A stretch of 60,733 nt of DNA, filler included. It is 5 parts of 5 records of this genome, joined end to end, with 100 filler letters (N's around TTAATTAATTAA, not from the genome) between each part and the next. Parts side by side here need not be neighbours in the genome. Positions count along the whole stretch, not along the records: positions 53,403 to 60,733 come from SRR2962707_2093; 4 more parts are not named here. One strand, 5' to 3'. The translations under genes were made by a program, and so were the position numbers. The notes below the pieces were generated by a model, which saw only the letters and a program-made list of their open reading frames with translations, ran no database searches and had not been told where the DNA came from. Below are positions 58,101 through 60,733 of this stretch, piece after piece; the first letter of the stretch is position 1; the number at the start of each line of letters is the position of its first letter.

Positions 58101-60388
58101 GATAATGCCATTTGCTGTTGCGGCGATTCAACCGGCAGCACAGTCCACGCAACGTGCGTTGCATGAAGCTTCCTTCCATGCGCACTGTTCCACGCACGCA
58201 CTACTGCCGGTGTCCACTTGAATGCAGAACCAACATTCCTTGGGTGACCAACGCTTGCGTTGCGCCTGCCAATTCCCCATTGTCCATGGTTCCGTGAACT
58301 ACAGCTATTCGCGCTGGTCCCGAGGGTATGTCCGTCAGAACCTTTCACTAGCGGCAAAATGACTTGAACGTGTCCACTCCGCAACACTAATGCCAACACG
58401 GCACCAGTAGCTGTGGCTGCAACGCTACGCAGAACAAAGGGCATTCGCGAACATCCTGGACGAATGTTTTGAACACGACTGCGGTTCCCACATTCAGCAG
58501 AGGTGCACGGAGCATCGACAGCGCCGTGCACTATTGACTTGTCAAAAAAGCTCTGGAGAATGCTTGTGCTGAGACACTCCACGCGTTGCCACTCAAACTC
58601 AGTGGGTTGATCAACAGTAGGTGACAAGATACGAATGTGAGCTTGGCCGAGCAACACTGGCAGTGCACCACGGCGATAACCTTTTTGTTGTACCACAGAA
58701 CTTTCACATCGTAAAAAAGATACCCGCGCAAGGCGAGGGCGCCGCTTGCGCGTTGTCGGCAGCAACTTTGTGTCATCGCTGGCGCCAGCTGGACAATACT
58801 CATCGTACGGTTGCGACCACACGAGCAACGAGCCGCCACTCGGGCCCCAGCAAAGAGATTCACGCAGAATATCAAACATCCTTGGCCGAGAGGTAGCAGG
58901 GGATAGCATGTTGACAACCACGGCCCCAAGAATGTGCCAAACCACAAAGCCACCCCCACTAAAACGCACAGCCAATGCAGTGCCATCACTACTCCATTGC
59001 ATTGCCACAGCGCTTTGCGCCGCAAATTGGCCGGAACTGCCCTGAGAAACGGCACCGAGTGATGCCGAATCTTCAACACTTCCTTCCCCGCATGGAAAGA
59101 GCGGAATGGGGTCCAACTCGGCATAGCGGAGAGCTGGACTTTGAGCTTGCGTTTTAGAGTCGTTTCTCGGTCCGTCGTCATCTCGGCGGAATTGACCAAT
59201 CTCACACTCAGTCGCCCAAGGCTTCAAGGTTGCACGCACAAGGGCATCAAAGTGAAATAAGGCAACTTTGGCATGGGACTTCAAAGGAGCTTCCAATTCC
59301 GCTTTGTTTTGAACAGCCAAGTCACGGGAACTGAAGGACACCGCCAGCACACCACGATCGAAGTTCAGCGAAAATACCGTTCCTGGGCTAACGTGCACAT
59401 CTAACAGGGCAGTTTTTAGCGGTATCCACGGTGGAGCCGAGGCCGTCGTTCCTTCGTTGTCAGACCCGGCCAGGGGAAACTCACCTTCACACAATCTAAG
59501 TTGCTGAAAGCACGGGATCCACGACACAAGAGCCACAATTTTCAAGCCAACTGGCTTTCCCGATGCTGTGTCTCGACGAAAAGTGCAAAGGCACTCACAG
59601 TGCCAAAGTTTCTGTTGCGTGTTTTCGTTCTTCATATCCCCAGGATGCTGTTCCGCTTGCTCAACCACTGCAGGAAGATTTACAAGACGAAATTTGCCAA
59701 TCGCCTTTCCACCGGTGTCAAGCGCAAGAAGATAACCTCGAGACGTCCATACAACTGCACATCGATGCTGCTGCGCCAATTTTGCAGCCCAATACGTGTG
59801 CACAGCACGAGGACGTTCAAGAACCGAAGCAAATCCAAGTGGCCTTCCCCACACACCCACGCGAACGGTCACCAGCGCTGAGAGCACGAGGCGAAATAAA
59901 TACCCTCGACTGCAGCAGTTGAAACTCCCGCTGACACTACTAGTCTTTCGCCTGGTCTGCTTGCTGCTCTCCGATCGTTGGCGTCTCTGCTGCAGCCTGC
60001 GATAATGATCGGGGTCAGTGGGTCGGCCTTCGTACAGAGACGACTTTGGCGCTGACTGTGCGTGAGCAATTGTGTCGAGACTATACACAGAAACGCGGCA
60101 GCTGCCTTGGTGCAGCACGAAAAGAAACAGCTTCTGGTTGTCCGCGAGCAGCCACTGCAAATCCGCCGCAGGACCCAGCTCCTGGCCATCAGCCCCGAAC
60201 GGAGCAGCCGCCGCGACGCACTTGCCGGGAGCGAGCGCGTCTACAACGAACAGTCGGTTTTCGCACAGGCACGCTACGAGCCCTTCGCAAGGAGAGAGAC
60301 ACATCTTCACGCACCTTCCTGCTTGCTGCGGCTTCTCTGTCCATGGAGCGGAGAACTCTTCTACTTGACCGCACGGAAGCAATGGCAT
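55163..60388 (-). CDS. RIC1: RIC1-like protein (Rab6/Ypt6 GEF subunit), divergent
   Basis: Uninterrupted 1741-aa ORF with WD-like segments (AMQWSSDGTALAV, LCWGPSG) and RIC1-domain-like FHALLAALI..ALEMLLYHAVD and TLVTCARKID...WPILF. Confidence 0.6.
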   Translation of the reverse strand: MPLLPCGQVEEFSAPWTEKPQQAGRCVKMCLSPCEGLVACLCENRLFVVDALAPGKCVAAAAPFGADGQELGPAADLQWLLADNQKLFLFVLHQGSCRVSVYSLDTIAHAQSAPKSSLYEGRPTDPDHYRRLQQRRQRSESSKQTRRKTSSVSGSFNCCSRGYLFRLVLSALVTVRVGVWGRPLGFASVLERPRAVHTYWAAKLAQQHRCAVVWTSRGYLLALDTGGKAIGKFRLVNLPAVVEQAEQHPGDMKNENTQQKLWHCECLCTFRRDTASGKPVGLKIVALVSWIPCFQQLRLCEGEFPLAGSDNEGTTASAPPWIPLKTALLDVHVSPGTVFSLNFDRGVLAVSFSSRDLAVQNKAELEAPLKSHAKVALFHFDALVRATLKPWATECEIGQFRRDDDGPRNDSKTQAQSPALRYAELDPIPLFPCGEGSVEDSASLGAVSQGSSGQFAAQSAVAMQWSSDGTALAVRFSGGGFVVWHILGAVVVNMLSPATSRPRMFDILRESLCWGPSGGSLLVWSQPYDEYCPAGASDDTKLLPTTRKRRPRLARVSFLRCESSVVQQKGYRRGALPVLLGQAHIRILSPTVDQPTEFEWQRVECLSTSILQSFFDKSIVHGAVDAPCTSAECGNRSRVQNIRPGCSRMPFVLRSVAATATGAVLALVLRSGHVQVILPLVKGSDGHTLGTSANSCSSRNHGQWGIGRRNASVGHPRNVGSAFKWTPAVVRAWNSAHGRKLHATHVAWTVLPVESPQQQMALSSAKTCALVLTVLHCRRSKAGRPSFWLSVFAVQQGDGLVATIDEESSNDQVHPDDVVFAGATFPSDRGHLNRRANTNLHLDRATIDLASTGEPVSLCVEDGTVVVSFSTLGFEMFKVKLFAPNLNSGDDDEFASLRLVRMGRPEALMVECQRGRVPADANHATHIPIAPLCNLLPETLKLFLAPVICRVSPGAKFLFFRSFGAAAQQYLWWRHRDDDGLAPWVQVKLLKCGVASWFNEEVWTLPQSSPLGRISGCLALLKSSVNGHQSTGNKPGIAVPGVSQRAQQRVHFHWPQLLSVPSVHLQESSPSQAAIQEASSIAWSSNWHSVGFLAGVVALVGVRAVRQHRPDERPRGFQARFPHESQTPDPAARLRPLPRWKLRATLQPCFHALLAALIAGGHVQVAQAMVQRAFRTGAPALGYALEMLLYHAVDVRLRSTRNHVSHTADGNHGSPPTTADDATNSDKFLRAALRVIRSAHLTMENKTCDSANHEPHADNLSYLFIHTLVTCARKIDPAVHWPILFKPCFENPTPMHIFHWCLRRGHFEQAVLCANLLLHCVCNPTFLTLSQTPDDENGGVLKPTRLSTSGKTASNKAFNDQRRKKRPAVPPFGHNFAYSMQNYYADLLLLYRTCLERGFPFGRAKGSRAAGNSRGVPASFGCASQSSSLLVCLPYAARHLAASNLFGEVAGTPSASAASTEALCALCVSTSAHVNECLRHLINIGTALQRLKRATSLASTCTHYHTNIDASLSTLLRQLSTAAGGLSGSEKLFESTARLAGRPPPSDPGKHIPSESAQAAAKIEIHRSVRPGALVAIFEAACQLVIRFSTEEERNKSRQTNDELANASLGLEQALQCLFNLGFPVLAIVLALATDKQDSVRKWISATDARGCIVYLCKDPDGPPHHAREGSVHHGYAYQRIRPREVLHMLSDALKELVQESQNVQADSQSELPPTHALSPELFIVVQRVVDSLDGFMFQSF

Positions 60389-60640
60389 GATTCTGGCTCA
60401 CTTGCCTCTTTTAGTTCGTCACTCACTCACTCACTCGCTCGCGGCAGCTGCTCCACGACTGAGGCCATTGTTGCAGGCTTCACACGCGCACCAGGTGAAA
60501 ACACCAAGTACAAGCAAACGAGACTGTGAGTGAACTTTTGCGAGTGGCAGCAACAACCAGCGACATAAGCCGCCGGTGCCTCTTGAGCGGTGGAGAAAAG
60601 ATACCTGTGGAAGAGTCCACGCGTGTTCAACTCAGCTCGG

Positions 60641-60733
60641 CCTCCCTCCCTCCCTCCCTCCTCCTTCCTCCCCTCCCTCCCTCTGCCAGAAAAAAAAACA
60701 AGCAAAAAAAAAAAGCAAAAAAAGAAAGAAAGA
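60641..60733. repeat. Low-complexity (CCCT)n and A-rich tract
   Basis: Seen directly at the contig end. Confidence 0.8.

Noticed and set aside
60421-60470. Possible extra upstream RIC1 exon (MASVVEQLPRA followed by GTGAGT repeats)
   Set aside because: The donor-like motifs are part of an (ACTC)n microsatellite and the implied intron is very short; no support without transcripts.

Overview
The window is not one locus. It is five unrelated contigs joined by artificial 100-nt spacers (N44-TTAATTAATTAA-N44). (1) 1-8445 is a GC-rich alphaproteobacterium (Hyphomicrobiales-like). It carries an OsmF/YehZ betaine-type ABC binding protein, an aromatic-amino-acid-lyase-family enzyme lacking the MIO-forming Ala-Ser-Gly (ergothionase-like), a divergent double-HTH LysR regulator, a flavin disulfide oxidoreductase, DUF925, VOC, bfd-bfr and an esterase. 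(2) 8546-14717 is an alphaproteobacterium (Parvibaculum-like) with partial rlmN and lipid/redox enzymes. (3) 14818-28414 is Rhodobacteraceae-like, with fadJ, acyl-CoA synthetase, a SPOR protein, cdd-deoA-deoB-upp, partial maeB and a repeated palindromic element. (4) 28515-53302 is an AT-rich Bacteroidota pectin/uronate locus: PL1, PL9, two CE8, two CE12, GH28, uxaC, kduI/D, two kdgK, eda, a TRAP transporter, mgsA and a partial tRNA-Met. It has five LacI-type operator palindromes and an orphan promoter-to-terminator unit that looks like an unannotated ~200-nt sRNA. (5) 53403-60733 is a eukaryote with a 3-exon DUF547 gene and a convergent RIC1-like gene. The top leads are the MIO-less lyase/YehZ/LysR module (probable ergothioneine or related betaine catabolism, with a Cys motif variant) and the operator-controlled candidate sRNA. 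Taxonomic and family calls come from motif recognition only; no searches were run.
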